Assembly: GCA_051362555.1 (NCBI GenBank)
Contig: CM120640.1
Coordinates: 66,008,788-66,072,787 of the forward strand
Reading direction: 5' to 3'
Source: Lingula anatina
Taxonomy: Eukaryota; Animalia; Brachiopoda
DNA length: 64,000 bases
Made by a program: the position numbers and the translations under genes. Position 1 is the stretch's first letter; each line of letters starts with the position of its first letter. The notes below the pieces were generated by a model, which was not told the origin of the DNA, made no database searches, and was given only the letters and a program-made list of their open reading frames with translations. Shown here piece by piece: positions 62,701 through 64,000 of this stretch.

Positions 62701-64000
62701 GCACATGGATACAACTAATACCTAACATTCACTGTCTACAGCATTCACGTGTCTAACTGAGACTAGATTATCAGCTAACTTAGTGGTAAGTACGCATTAC
62801 AAAAATGCCAGTAACATACATCTAAGTAAATAAGTGAGAACTGTGATTTAAAAACTGAAACTAAAGCATGACTACATACATAAAACCAAAAATAAACAAC
62901 CAAAGATTACCTTAATGAAGAAGCTTTTCACTTTGGGCATGGTGGGAGACGAGAAGTGGAGAAAACAAAACTAAAACGGAACAGAAAAAAGCAGCTGTAA
63001 AAAAAACAATACACCACACAACTAACTAGTCTGCCAACCCATGCAAATGTTCTCATAAAACGTTCACTGTCTTGCTCCAGGCTTTCACTCTACAAGTGGC
63101 ACTACCTGTGTGTGAGACTGTCAAACCTGACCGTACTGCTTTCCTATTGGCTGATCCAGTCTCCGTGACCTCCGGCCATTCATGTGTTTACACTGGGTCA
63201 ACCAGCTAAAGCAACTTCTAAACAACGGCACTGTTACTTTTTATGATCTCTCAAAGGGGATTTAAGCTCTTTACCTGAGACTAGAATGTTGTTCTTGGGT
63301 TTTCCTTCTCCTGTTTTCATATCTTATGCCTCAATTCACAAGCATGTCAGCTTCTTTGTGGGTAATTACCAAATGAGTAGGGGGAAAGTATGTTTTGGTT
63401 TCAATGGCCAGGGCTGTGGTGAATCTTTGATGTTCTTACACACAATGCTGCACACTCTGAATTCTATTAGTCATGATTCATTTTTCCTGTAATGAAGGCA
63501 TATGATGCTTATTTAAACCTACACAGAGAAATGAGGATGTACTGCTGTTTAAGTACTGTGTATAATTACCTGTCTAAATTGAGTGTCAGCACATTCAGGT
63601 ATGGGCAGGCGGCAGAATGAAAGCATTCAGGTCCACAATAGCTGTAAGTAGAAGTTCTGATATTGAGGTTTATCTTAAAAACATAAATATTGTATGATAA
63701 CAGAAGAAAATTCTACAGAGGAAAATAAAGAGTTCACCGATTAAGTACTTAAATACTCACATCATCATACCAGACCTTTCTGTATCACTTTTACTATGAA
63801 CCAAGGTGAAACTTCTGTTTCCATTTCAAAATACAGACCTTTTGTGTTCATAATATTATGGTTAAATGCTAGGTATGTCATGATATCCCCAGTACATATT
63901 ACTCAGTCTTTACAGTTGAAACCACAGAATGATGCATACATTATTAATAAGACACCTGGCTTCTGAATGCATTAACTTCTAGTTGATAACTGTCATGTTA

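Noticed and set aside
59315-64000. Remaining AGBL4 exons (FLGG..., YTLEVSF...) or a nested BEND5-like gene
   Set aside because: No matching reading frame found by eye; the exons probably lie beyond the window.

Overview
AT-rich, intron-containing animal genomic DNA. It looks like an invertebrate, probably a lophotrochozoan or mollusc, but that is inference. Two spliced genes lie head-to-head. An ELAV/Hu-family three-RRM RNA-binding protein gene is on the minus strand: five core coding exons at 20384-34837, several candidate alternative first exons up to ~42.4 kb, and a long U-rich 3' UTR. AGBL4/CCP6 cytosolic carboxypeptidase is on the plus strand: nine exons at 52328-59314, with the 3' end beyond the window. 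This matches the divergent ELAVL4-AGBL4 arrangement in human. Between them sits a very young 7.8-kb Ty3/Gypsy LTR retrotransposon (42517-50358) with apparently identical 363-bp LTRs, an AATG TSD, a tRNA-Ser PBS and a PPT. Its architecture is unusual in four ways: a ComEA-like helix-hairpin-helix domain plus a long coiled coil at the Gag N-terminus; a -1 frameshift pseudoknot; intact PR-RT-RNaseH but a deleted integrase; and a probably spliced third ORF encoding a Cys/His-rich protein. Several small non-autonomous DNA elements are also present (Helentron/DINE-like, Kolobok-like, Harbinger-like). The first ~16 kb contains no gene I can identify.
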